Assembly (NCBI GenBank): GCA_047495785.1
Contig: JBLDXI010000024.1
Location: 1,426,001-1,490,000, forward strand
Direction: 5' to 3'
DNA length: 64,000 bases
Origin: Lepidodermella squamata
Taxonomy: Eukaryota; Animalia; Gastrotricha
Positions 44,991-57,850 of the stretch are shown here, piece after piece. The position numbers and the translations under genes are program-made. Below the pieces are notes generated by a model that was given only the letters and a program-made list of their open reading frames with translations, was not told the origin of the DNA and did no database searches. The number at the start of each line of letters is the position of its first letter. Positions within the stretch are counted from its first letter, which is position 1.

Positions 44991-47900
44991 TCATGAGCAA
45001 TAGCAGAATTTCTTAGCGGCTGACGACCCTGTAATACACCACGACTGATTGCCGTAAGCGTTGATCCGCTGAATCTCGCCAACTATCGACCAGGGCGAGC
45101 TGTTTTTCGCCTGCCGATTCTCCTGCCGTTTTTTCGCAACATGCGCCTCGAAAAGCGCGCCACTCGGCTCAGCCCGGGCGACTATTACGTAATCGTCCTT
45201 ATTCACGACAATGCCCCGCAGCCACCCGTCGTTGATGACGCTGCGGGCTGTCCCAACCCGGGTCGCTGAGGTCACGCTGGCGAGGCTGAAAGCCGCGCAA
45301 CGAGCAGCCTGGTCGGTGAAATTAACATCAGGCGGGCGGAATTTAGTTTTCAGGTCGTAGTTAATTTGTTCGATGACGTAGCGAGCAGCTTCCCGGACTG
45401 CATTATCTGAATTCGGCTCGGTGACAGGTGTTTCTTTATAGCAAGCGCAGTAAGTTTCGGGTATATTAGCCTGCCAGCAGCTCCGAGTTCGTGGCACCAC
45501 CCGTGAGAATAAACTGACCGACCACCGCGATGAGTCATGGCTGATCAGGCGCGGAAAATCTAAAAAATCTGAATTAAAAAAAACTCGAATTTTTCAATAT
45601 TTTTTACCTGTAGTTTGAGTGTCGGGATGAGTCGATAAATGCAGAATATGTTGCATAGTCTGGTGGATGTCGAGAGGTGTTGTAAGTCGCTCAGAATTAG
45701 CGTCGAAATTCGCGACCATTTTAGGGTATTTTGCTCTGAATTCGTCCGGTATTACTACCGAGAAAAAAGGCATTCGATCTTCGATGCGACCAACTAGCGA
45801 ATTCCGGATGCTGTAATTTTAGAAAATTATTAGGAAAAATTAAATATCACGCAATTTTTTCCGAATGCAGTTTTAATTAATTTTGAATAATTAAACAGAA
45901 CAATTTAATTTAATCACTTATCAAATTTATATTTTAGAGCGCGTCCCAGCAGAAGTGGGGCAACTATCTTTCAATTTGGCGTGCCTTTTCAGCTTTTTGT
46001 AGGAAATTCAACTATTTTTTAATTAAACCTACCGAGGGAATATTCCATATTTTATCCGCGAGATAACCGGAAAAATGAAAAATTTACAGGAGAAAACCCG
46101 GAAATCGTGGATGGTAACTCGCTCGGTAATGTACGGTATTTTACCCGGTTGGACCACGTTACCCCGGACTTTTTATTCCCATTTACTAGTGACATACTTG
46201 ATTACTATACCCGTGATTTTTTGAAATTTTCTAACATTTTTCTGGCCATGAGATGAGACTTAGTCTCTCATTTTGGAGTTTCTGAACCCTTTTCCGTCTA
46301 ATTTCTTTGCTCGGGGGTGCTTATGGGACACGATATATCTAAAGATTTATATGTGAAGCCCGAAAGATTATTCCGAAGCTGAATGAAACATTTATTCATC
46401 CATTTAGGCTAGGATTAGGCTAGGAAAATGGAAAATAAATTTGCAGCCAATTTCTCAAGTTGTCGAACAATTTTCCAAACTATATGGCGATTCTCGCTAT
46501 ATTTCCGATTTGGCCGAAATCAGCAGGACTTTTCATTTTCGTCGAAGAATTTCCAATTTATAATAAAAATCACGATAATATAACGCTATTTCGAAAGTAG
46601 GCTTACTTGTCGAATCTAGAACCATGGTCCGACATGACAAAAATGAAGGTCCGTTTTCTGATAATCTCAATAGCCAGCAGCCAATCAAGAAGTTGCACCA
46701 AATCATCGTCGCAAATCGCTATCAAATTAACAAAATCATGACTAGGTTCGACGAGCCACGACAGCGCGAAAAACGGTTGATTTCGATCGGTGTAGGTTTT
46801 GATAAATTGCCTGATACTGTAGTCCCACAAAATTTGATACTTCTTACGACCCTGAAAGCACATCGCCGGCGATTTTGTCAATTTAATGCCCTTTGACTCG
46901 ATAATTTGCAGCAGCGGGTTAATTAGCGAGTCGAAGCGATGGCGATTTTCTAGAGCGAGCCACAGCGTTCGGCCGTAGTGGTCAACTGGATTACGACTGA
47001 AGCCGCTTTTCTGCCAGTGAAATGTCCCAATTCGGGGCATATCCTCGGCGTATAACGTCGCAGCTCCCAGCTTTTCTTTGAATTGTTTCCAGATGAAAGG
47101 ATAGTCGTCAAAAAGTTCACCATTCGAACCATCATGCGGCAACTCGAGCGTTTCTCCTAACAATCGGTAAAAATATAAGTTTAATTGATTTAATGTTTTT
47201 GAAGAATGTTTTTGAAAAATCTTTCATTTTTCTTTCCCTATTTGCACGCGCTATTTCGACAGAGAAAAAATTGGGGAGCAAGAATTCGAAAACCCCATAT
47301 TTTTATCACTTACGGTTACGGAGAAATTACAGTGTCAAGTTGGTCACGTGACTTTACCCGGCGTCACACCTGAGCGGCTATCTCGAGAACGGTGATAGCT
47401 ATGAAGCCGCTCTCAAAGAAAACGTTCATCAGCGCGATGAGATCTACCTATAAATGCATTCAGTTGGGTCATAGGTGATACTTCGTGCAAAATCGATTTT
47501 GATGACACTTTAGTGCAGTTTGGTGACAGTCCCAAAAATACGGGTCCTAGCTCATCGCCAAGCCGACGAGACACTGGTCATTTATCCGTTTTCACCTGTA
47601 ATTTATACGATTTCCCAGCGCTGAGATATGCCTTTTAGACACGCTGGGGTTGTAGTCACCCTACAGCATTTTTTAAATATAGGGTGGTCGAAAAAGCCAC
47701 CATTTAATGTTATCCAAGATTTTGATAATTTTGATTTCAATTGTTTCACATTTTTTTCATTTCGTTTGGTTCTTAAAAGGTTTTATCTGGCTGAATTCAT
47801 CTGATAATTTTACCTGGAAGGAGTTCGACTCGTTTGCCGGTCAGCAATGGGACCAAGTTCGGAAAAGTATTCTCGCCAACTTTGTTGTAGCCCTTCAGAA

Positions 47901-48576
47901 AATGCGCTCCAAGTGCGTTGAGTTTTTCCAGAGTTTTCGGCAGCGACCTCACGAAATTAGCCTGGGAAATCGAGTCGATACCAATGATCAAAATATTCCA
48001 AGGTTCTATGGAAGAATCATTCGATGGCGGATTAAAATTTCGAGATGGCGGTTGTATTTTCGCGAAAATGTCAGAGTATGCCGTTTCTTGATCACCCTGT
48101 CGATGGCACGATATTTCGATGTAATCAGCATCCCGCGGCCAATTTTCACCAAACGGGAATCGATTGATTGTGGTATAATCAGGGTCATAAGCCACGCTGA
48201 AATCGTCGCTAGCCCTGCGAATAGCTCGATATCGACATGTGAGGTTTTCTTTATTCGCTGTTTGATAAATGAAGCCGGTTATCGGGTCTTGTTCGAAGGC
48301 GATCACGTCACTAGGCGGCGGGCATATGAGCGGTTCAACTGGTTTGATGAAAGGCAGAATGCTAGGGTCCCACGGGTTCACCTCTGGCAAATGGCATTGC
48401 TCGTTAGCGTTCGAAGACGACGACGACTGGTCTGAGATGAAAGACGCGAGTGATTGCGGGTTGAAGACCAGCAGTGTGTTAAGAAAGATGCCTAGCGCGA
48501 CGGCGAGTACGATGAACGCGCAATAGCTGGGTAAATTTTTACCGTGATAGTAAGCGTACAGGCGTCGGTTTATCAT
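44991..48576 (-). CDS. DUF229 family (alkaline phosphatase/sulfatase superfamily) type II membrane protein; copy 1
   Basis: TM anchor, CHLPEVNPWDP, IIGIDSISQANFVRSLPKT, GYNKVGENTFPNLVPLLTG, YAED, VMSDHGSRF, IEDRMPFF, RSCWQANIPETYCAC, RINAYGNQSWC...KKFCYC. Confidence 0.88.
45937..46335. mobile_element. Tc1/mariner-type MITE, family A, copy 3 (intronic, diverged)
   Basis: TA|GAGCGCGTCCCA...TGGGACACGATA|TA; interior similar to 17847-18223. Confidence 0.75.
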
Positions 48577-50858
48577 CTCCGCAAAATAACATCTAAAAAA
48601 ATAGAGCGGGAAAAAATGCAAAATTTTTTTTTAGAAAATTCCTCCTTAAATAAGTCATTTCACATTGGCGCAAAAAAAATCGCATGCTAGGGTAAAAATT
48701 ATGCTCAAGAGAAAATAATATGGGTAAATTCTGGGTAATTCGCTGTGTCCCGAGTTAAATCGTTATAAAATAAGGGCAATGGGCCCTGGCACTATAAAGA
48801 CAAGCTTAATTATTTGACCTATATAAATAGCACCCACGAGATAACCCATTCGCTCTATAAGTAATTTTCGAATAAATTCCCCCCAAGTATCATTACTGGT
48901 CGAAAACGTAATAAAAAATGAGGTTATTGATTAGAAAGATTTATTCTGTGTTCTGATACAGAATCAGTAATGAATCATGCAAGCACGTGATTCTCACCTT
49001 GTCATGATGCAAGAAAAAAGGCTTGGCTTAAATCATTCGAAAAATTGATTGCAATTAACCAAAAATTATTTTGTCCGCCGCGCTAAAATAATCGCGGCAG
49101 TCGAATATCGTCAATAGATGTGTGTCAAATTTTTTGCCCCTTCATCTGGCCTTTTAAATTTTTAAATTATAAACGGGATGAGATTCGAGTAAGGTTTATA
49201 CATACAGGTGTGACGATTTCATTAATTCATTCCTGTAGCGACATAAAATGTGTACAACTGTATTTCAATTTCTATAGTGCGTTTCTACACTACTTTCGCA
49301 AAATACCGTACTACTAACACGGCCGTTCGTCCACTGGGAATAATTGCGGAAAATTTAGAAACCAGCTGCTCATGCAATTTGTAAAACAATGGCGATGGCT
49401 TTTTGAAAAAAACGATCGATCGATTACGGCTAACTAGTTGCTAGTAAACACGACCAGCATTAGTTACAAAAATAACTCGACTAATTATTCCGGCCGGTTA
49501 ATTAAACCAATCGATTTCCTCATTATATTCGGACGATGGCGCAAAATAATACTGGCTATATTACCGCAATAAATTCTTCAGCTTTGCTACAGAAAGAGAG
49601 AAAAGAATCGATGTTGTTTGCAAACAACACGTAAAGCGGCAGATTCTAGGATGCTGATTCTGTAGCTGAATATGAAATCAATAAAATTTGCTGTAATAAT
49701 TAAAATAATTGCATATTTGCTCAAGAATTGCTGCTTAGGGGTACATGCAGGTGTGACTAAAAAAATCAAGTGCATCATGGTGATGCATCGTTGCACCTGA
49801 GAAAAAATTGGGTCGTGGGCCAGGAAAAGACTCAAGCTTTCAGGAACACAGTAAAGTAGATGGCAAGTACTGTCGCGCTACATGGCATGACGGCTTCGCC
49901 TTTTATGAATTGACGGCTTTCGGCCCAGCCTCTTGCCTCCCATTCTTGACTAATGTATTGTTTGCGATAACAATAAAACCGAAACGGAAAGACAATATTT
50001 ACCACGCCGTCGTGCAGCATCATTATCATGACGATGAGTCAGACAAACCTCCGTGTACACGGTGAATGCGGATGCACGCACTAGCATAATTATTATTATT
50101 ATACCCTGCACGAAAGAGCCGCCAGCGGTATTTCGTGTAATTATCGCTCGAGATGACCTCTTCTCGTAAATAAATTGAGCCGCAATCACTTATCAGAGCT
50201 CTTGACTGCTTTATTACCCCTGGTTTACTGGCCTTTTCAACACCCCAAGAAGATCGTGTTCCCAGGTTTTCTGAAATTTGAATTCGAATTGAAAATTTTG
50301 TTGTCTTAGGTATTCTCAAATTAATAATGCGAGAGGAATTTTTTATGAAATTCAGTTAAAAAAAAATAAAAAATAAATAGAAAGATGTGCGCATTTTAAA
50401 AGATAATTGCGCTAAGTTTCCATGGTATTAATTTCTGCTGACAATCAGCTGGCAATATTTCATAATTCTTTTTGGCGGACTTGATGGTGCTGAAATGACG
50501 GGAAATTAAATGAAATTTGCTAATGCGTGGTAGCGTGGCCGTCAGTATAATGATTCGGATCAAAGTGATAAGTGGAAATGCTTATTTGTCGCCCGCGGAA
50601 ATGTCTTCATAAAGACAATAATTTTTGCATACCGTAAATTCCGAAATAATACACCTGTGTTCTTGTTATTTCAAAGCGAATTTTGTCTTTTCTCTTTATT
50701 ACAATCAGTTTTTTCTTTGCGGGACCTGGCTATGTCAGCACCTCAGAGACCAATATATTCGAGAAAAGAGTTTGTCACAGCAAATTAATTAAAGGAGTCA
50801 AAAACAAAATAAAACCATGATAAAATATGCGGATAAAGCATAGGCCAATAACCCAAAA

Positions 50859-52230
50859 TTAAATAGGCCGTGGATATGGAAACATGAGATAGTCCCAGGA
50901 GTAATGAAGGTCAACCACTCGACTCAATAAATTTTTGTCAAAAGTTGTTCTCCACAAATATGGCACATCGTGTTTGTGACGCGGTCCAGTCGGTTGAGGC
51001 AGACGGGGGACTTTTTTGCGGCCAGTGACGCGTCGCGCAAAGTGTTCCAGCTCACAGTTGAAGTTTTCAAATAAGCCAATAAAATCGTAATCAATAGCGC
51101 AAAAGTGGCAGATGTGCAATTGCGGTCGCCAATGAATGTCAAGGTCGCGCGTCGAATTTTCGTTGCCCAGTAGGAACTTCAAAAATTCGTCGAATGTAAC
51201 ACGCAAACCGGCACTTATCTCGTCCTGTGTAGCATTTGGGCGATAATCGCGAATTATGCGGCTTCCAACATTCTTCTACAAAAAAACAGTTGGCATTTGA
51301 AACGATTGTGAAACAATCTCAGGGCACAGATTCTCGCAAATTAACCCACGGTACCCACAAACACCCACAAGATGTTAAAAAAATTCCCAAGTTTGCAATA
51401 ACTTCTAACGAGAAAATCATCGAAAAAAATTTCAAATATAAAAAAAATTCTCACCGGGTAAAAATCGGTCACCAAGCCATCCGATTCAGTTGTAGACAAT
51501 TTTTCGCGCCACGCTGATATTAACCGTTCGACAGGTTCTCGAAGAAATGCGAATTTAGTGTATTCAGCCATTATCGTCTTTGCTTCCTCAGGCTCGTATT
51601 CTTCCAGGCGTCGGAAATTCGGCGCAGATTCAAAAAAGTCTCCCAGCAATGTACGATTGTACTCAAATGTTTCCAAGTCTGGATTCTGGTTAAGGTGCTT
51701 GATGTAGTCGCGAACGTTTGTATTCCCATTTTTCGGGGTGCTTGTATTTTAATAGAAATTAAGAAAGGACGTTTCAATTTATCAGGCCTTACGCGCAATA
51801 AATAAATTTGTATTTTTCGTCAACAAAGAAATGAAACCACCAATTCGCATAACCACTAATTAAATGGATGAGAAGAAAGTTCAAAAAAGAAACAGAAAAT
51901 ATGATAAGCAGACCCGTGCTGACGATGACGATTTTCCCGGAAATACTCCCAGTCAAAACTTTTGAGAGGCGCGTTCGACCTATTTGCTAGTGAGTGACAA
52001 ATTTCTCGGATTCGTCGTCGCCGCAGCTGATTCTCTTCAGTTATTTTCGCGTCACTCTATAAGCCATAATTAGGCTTACTTTGCGAAAACAGCGAGTCAT
52101 TTACCTGGCAAGCTGGGCGATCACCAGCCGGTAAAAATCGCAGCCCTAAATTGTACCAAACCAGCAGGACAGTTAAGCATAACAACGATATACAGCAAAT
52201 AAATTTCAAGTTAAAGGGGAAACAACGCAT
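50859..52230 (-). CDS. Carbohydrate sulfotransferase (Sulfotransfer_2); copy 6, close paralogue of copy 1
   Basis: ATG 52230 (MRCFPFNLKF); PKNGNTN, FLREPVERLISAW, DIHWRPQLHICHFCAIDYDFIGLFE; exons and short introns align by eye with 6586-9429. Confidence 0.9.
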
Positions 52231-52576
52231 TGGAAGTAGATGGCTGAGAGAATAATGCAGAATATATATATTGAAGAATAATGAAGATGATCATAAGGAG
52301 AAATTACAAAAATAACACCTGATTAAATGCCAGCAGTACTCATCGCGCGAAAAACAAACAAATGATTCGCCGTGAGTATGCATAAATAACACGTCGAAAA
52401 GGTTGACAATTCTCTGAACGAATACTCATGGAGTGATCTGACGGAGTACCGTAGGATTCCAAAATCACGCCGATGAATTTTCATTTATTTACGACCTTAA
52501 TACCTCCAATTTTTATGATATTTTCGTTCGCTCCGCTATGCTGGACTCATCCTATTACTCCTGTAGCATGATGAAT

Positions 52577-52920
52577 AATCGGGGGAAACTTTTTTCATCC
52601 GACCAATGTCTTATTTCATCCGACAACCAAAAATGTGTGCCGACTTGCTTCTTCATATTATTTTTAAAAAATTACAGTAAAAAAGTGACCACTCGGATTG
52701 CCATACATTTTTCACTATAAAATTATGCCGGTTTCAGGGGCCCAAAAAGGATGCAGAAAGGGGGTATGCCCCCTACGGAAAAATCGAACTTGGGAAAATC
52801 GAGAAAATCGATATTTTCATGTCGGATGATTTTAGTCACATTTTTGGTTGTCGGATGAAATAAGAAATCGGTCGCCGATAAAACAAGACATTGATCGGAT
52901 GAATAAAGTCACACCCGATT
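52577..52920. mobile_element. MITE-like inverted-repeat element
   Basis: AATCGGGGGAAACTT..TTCATCCGAC..TTTCATCCGACAACCAAAAATGTG mirrored by CACATTTTTGGTTGTCGGATGAAA..TCGGATGAATAAAGTCACACCCGATT. Confidence 0.7.
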
Positions 52921-53408
52921 CTGGCATTCTTTACTCCCGAATGTCGAAATCTCGCATTAAAAAATCGTAATGATGCAAAATAAATGAAAAACATTTAAAT
53001 TCAATTTTCATGTTTCCATGATTTCAAATGTCTGCTGGCAATCTTCTGGTTGAGGTTAAATCTTGATACCCGAAATTAATGAGAGACAAGTTTTGTGGTA
53101 GCTGCTACATGATCGGCTTCGATGAACGGACTCACGTGTATGTACATCATCTGTGGTAGTGGTTGATCGAAGACGTCCATGGCAACTCGTACCTTATAAA
53201 ACACCTTCAGAAAGCGCCGCAACTACGTTTTCCCATATAATACCAGCCTACGCACTTCGGTTTTAACGCCTCCAGTTATTGATTCTTAACGGCCAACTTT
53301 TGGCATAAACAACTTACGCACCGCGCTAATACTCATTTTTGGAACTAGACGTTTCATTCATAAAATATCGTCCTCCTTTATTTGATGTATTTAAAGATAG
53401 GAAATACC

Positions 53409-55115
53409 ATGAGGACGAGAGTCGAATTTCGGTTCATGCTACCGTCTTTTGTGTTTCTGATCGTCATCAGCGTGACCCTGATCAGCAACTGGCTTGGCGA
53501 CTACCCAGATAGAGAACTGGTCAATATCAGCCGGGCTCGTGAAATGTCATCATCCGACGAAGCCGCCCGATTCCAGAAACTAACTGCTCCGCTCGAGAAG
53601 ACATTTCAGGAAAGAAATAACCGGGTGGCAGATGTTTGCAAGAGAAAGTATAACGTTGAACCTGGGATTATGAATGCTACCTTTCTACCCGACAGCCTGA
53701 AGGCTGATTCCAGGCCCTACCTCTTAGTGGACACCCTGCGCAAGGTGCTGTTTTGCAGGTGGGTTTTTTCTCGATTACAGTTTTTTTCATAGCATTTTTC
53801 ATTTTCAGGGTACCCTATGCCGGCTCTTTAGCTTGGAAGAAACTTTTTCTCCGCATGAGCGGGCAAACTGATTTCGCCTCAAGCGATTCGATCAGCGACG
53901 AATTGGCCCGAGACGACGACGCCGAATGGGCGAATCTGGCGCCGATTTCTAGCCTCAGCGAATCACAAATCGCGGACGTCCTGACGACGTACAAAAAAAT
54001 TATGATCGTCCGAAACGTAGGTCATAAATTCCGCCCTGATTGTTCTTTATCAATAACAGCGGTGACTCATTATGGGTTTTTTTTTAGCCGATCGATAAAT
54101 TGATCACGGCGTGGCGCGATTTGCTCACCGGTTCGAACAGCGACTACTCGCAGCGGTTTGGCGACTATATAAATAAAAAATACAAGCGAGAACCGACGTA
54201 TGCAACGCGGGAGACGGAAAACCCGCACGGGTTCACGTCCGTGAAACTGCGTGATTTTCTAAAATTTATTGCGAAAGAGGGCACTACGACAATGGACGAT
54301 CCTACCTGGCGGCAACAGGTTTGTCCGAGTAGATAGATTGATCAATTATTTATTGGGCGTTGAATATAAATTGCTAAATATTGGGTGAATCTCCGGTATG
54401 ACATAATACGCACACAGGGTGACACTGATTGGTATTAGCAGGGCAGGGCTTTCGCTGAAAATTCGGGTGATTTTTTAGACTCATAAAATGCGTCTGAGAT
54501 TTAATTTTCTAGTTTTAATTTTCTTCAATTTCCTAAAAAAAACAGCCCATGATAATTTCAAAATGTAACCCTAAGTTCAAAGCCGAAAATTAATAATTAA
54601 ATAATAATAAAATGCGGGTAAAAGGTCGTAAAATCACTCAAGTTCGCAGACCAATCGGAAATCCTATTTTCCCCTCTTTGGCCCAAAGATGAAAATTTTA
54701 TGAGGCGACGTTGAAATTAGAAAAATTATCCGAATATTTATATTAATTTTATAATTTATTTTCATAATAAACCCAGATGGGGCCCAGCTAATAATTTAAT
54801 ATCTCAATTTTTCAGCACTTGCACTGCGGAGTTTGCCACATAAAATGGGACATCATCGGAAAATACGAATCCCTCGAAAGTGAAGTCGATTACATAATTG
54901 CTGAAATCACTGGCGACTACCTCGAATATAACACGAAGCGTTGGCGACTTCCCGGCTTGTTAGCTAGTAAAAAGAAACGACCTGGCCTTATGCAGCTTCA
55001 GTATAATAACCGCGACGCTTTCAGATCCAGCGTGCCTAGTCAACAGATCAGAGAAGCCGTGCTCAGAACTTATTCAGTTGATATGCAAATTTTTGATTAC
55101 AAATACGACGCATGA
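53409..55115 (+). CDS. Sulfotransfer_2-like protein with degenerate PAPS motifs; copy 7
   Basis: Four exons: TM anchor and LVDTLRKVLFC; RVPYAGSLAWKK and MIVRN; PIDKLITAW and DPTWRQQ; HLHCGVCHIKWDIIGKYESL and DMQIFDY. Confidence 0.82.
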
Positions 55116-55267
55116 ATATATAGGATTTCCAATTATTTTATTTCCAGCCTTTCATTTTTTCGACAATCATAAAAACCGACTGCTATACTTATTAATTTCA
55201 CTTTTCCGTTCTATCAAAAAATTTCCAATAAACTGGTTTATCATTTGAGAAACACAAAAAAAACATC

Positions 55268-57850
55268 TCATGAGCAAAAACAGAACTTTTTAGCGGCGGA
55301 TGATCCATTCATACACCAAGATTGATTGCCGTACGGGTTGATCCGCTGCACTTCACCGACCACTGTCCACGCCGAATTCTTGCTAGTCACGTGCGCCTCA
55401 AATAATGCATCACTCGGTTGGGCGCGCGCGACTATTACGTAATCATCCTTCGGACTGACAATGCCCCGCATCCACCTACCAGCTGCGAGGTTAATAATAC
55501 CCCTCGCCGCTATTCGACTCGCAGATTCAACGTCCTTCAACTTGAATCGCGCACACCGCGTTTTATCGTCGGCAAATTTGACCCGCGGCGGGATCCATTT
55601 CGTGTCAAGCTCGCTGTTAATACTGTCAATGAGATGCCTAGCGGCGTCGACAACGGTTTCGTCTGAGTTGGGCTCGGCGATAGGCGTTTCTTTATAACAG
55701 GCGCAATACTGCTCGGGCACGTTGGCTTGGTAGCAATTGCGAGATCGCTCGAACACCTCTGAGAATAAACTCGCCGACCATCGATCTGGGTTCGCGCTAA
55801 TAAGCCGAGGAAATGCTAAAAAAATTATTGAAAAAAATTATTTTAAAATTATTTTAAAAATTAAAAAAATTAAATTAAAAATTCTGCCTTAATTTTCTGT
55901 TAAATTTATCATTTTTCTTTATACATCGTGTCCCATAAAATAACGTAAAAAAGCAAATACATGGAAAAGGAATCGGAAACTCTAAAATAAGAGATGAAGT
56001 CTCAGAAAAATAAAATATGCCATGAGAATGTCTCGTGAGAACGGGATTAAAAAATCCGAAGAAATTTGACCCAACCAGGAAAAATCCGAAAATTACCGAA
56101 TCAATCGGGGTTTACAGGGTTTATTCCAGGAAATTTCTATTTCCTCGGAAAAACCGTGGATAAAGGATGGAAGATTTCCCCAGTGGGCCTAATTAAAAAA
56201 AATTAGTTCAAATTCCTAGAAAAAAATTCCAGAATTTAAAATAGTTGCCCAACTTCTCGGACACGCTGTTGTAAACAAATTGTTGAGATATTTTAAAGGT
56301 AATGCTCACGTTTTGGAGGAAGTTTCGGCTTGGAAGACAGGTGTAAAATGTGCTGAAGAGTTTGATGAAAATCAATCGGCGTCGTCAGTCGATCTTTATT
56401 AGCTTGAAAAGTTTTGACTAGCTCGGGGTATTGCCGCTTGAACGCTTCGGGTAGCAGTGCGGCAAAAAACGGCATTCGATCTTCAATACGACCAATAATT
56501 GAATTGCGAATGCTAAAAATTTCAAATAAAATTTCAAAATAAATGAACAAGAATTATCCCTTACTTATCAAATCTAGCGCCATGGTCTGATATGACGAAT
56601 ACGAAAGTCCTTTCACGAACACTTTCAACAGAATTAAGCCATTCGAGGAGACTCGCCAGCTCATCGTCGCAGATTGCCACTAAATTTGAAAAATCGTGGC
56701 TCGGTTCGACAAGCCACGACAAGCCGAAATACGGTTTCCGCTTCTCATAAGCTCGAATGAATTGCTTAACGCTGTAATCCCACAACATTTGAAACTTTTT
56801 GCGGCCTTGAAAGCACGTACTAGACGATGACGTTAATTTGATATTTTTCGACTCGAGAATTTGAAGCACAGAATTGATGACAGTGTCATAGGGGCGGAAT
56901 TCTTGCAGAGCAACAAACAGCGTTCGCCCGAAATGGTCCGTCGGCTGGACTTTAAAGCCTTTTTTCTGCCATTGAAACGTCCCTAATTCTGGCAAATCTT
57001 CCGAAATCAATGTGGCATAACCTTCATTCTTGTACTTTTTCCAGATGAACGGGAAGTCGTCGAAAACCTGGCAATTGTAGCCGTTATGAGGCAACTGAAG
57101 CTTCTCCTTTTCGTCGAGTTCGACTCGATAGCCAGTTAATAACGGAACTAAATTCGGGTAGGTATTTTCGCCGACTTTATTGTAGCCATTGAGAAAAAAA
57201 GCGCCCAACTTATTCAGCATTTCCAGGGAATGAGGCAGGGTTCGAACGAAATTGAGCTGAGAGACAGAATCAATGCCGATAATAATGACATTCCACGCCG
57301 AATTGGTCGGATCAACCTCGCTTTTAGGCGGAAGAATTTTAGCGAAAATATCAGAATAAACAGGGCTGGTTTGATCAATATCGGCGGGTTTGAAGCACGA
57401 AATTTCGATAAACTCAGAATCGACCGGCCATTCAGTGAATGGAAAACTCAAAATCTTCACGTAATTGGTTCCGTAAATCAGCTTAAAATCGTCGTTTCCT
57501 CGATTAATAGTCCGGTATCTGCAGCTTAAATTTCCGGGGTTTGATTTGATGAGGATATCGCCGCTTTCTGGGTTCTGCTCCAAGACGATTAAATTGCTAG
57601 GCACCGGGCAATCGAACGGCTCGACTTTGTGGTAGTACTTAGCCACAGTTGGGTCCCAGGGGTCGAAAACTGGTATGTGGCACTGTTCGTCGCCATTCTC
57701 TTGATTTTGAGATGCGGCGAACGATTTAGGATCGAATTCAATCAGGGTGTTGACGAAGAGACCGAGAGCGGATGCGAGGGCAACAAAGGCGCATACCCCA
57801 GGCACGTTGATATTGCGCGAACCCGACAACCGTCTCAGTCCGAGGGTCAT
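55268..57850 (-). CDS. DUF229 family protein; copy 2
   Basis: IIGIDSVSQLNFVRTLP, GYNKVGENTYPNL, VISDHGARF, IEDRMPFF, RINPYGNQSWC..KKFCFC. Confidence 0.88.
55924..56268. mobile_element. Tc1/mariner-type MITE, family A, copy 4 (intronic, diverged)
   Basis: TA|CATCGTGTCCCA...CGGACACGCTG; interior similar to 28345-28732. Confidence 0.72.

Noticed and set aside
47707-48435. 242-aa plus-strand ORF and similar antisense ORFs over the GPCR, ABC transporter and transposase
   Set aside because: Shadow ORFs opposite well-supported genes, with no motifs.
49587-50319. Cluster of short ORFs on both strands
   Set aside because: No recognisable motif or consistent splice model.
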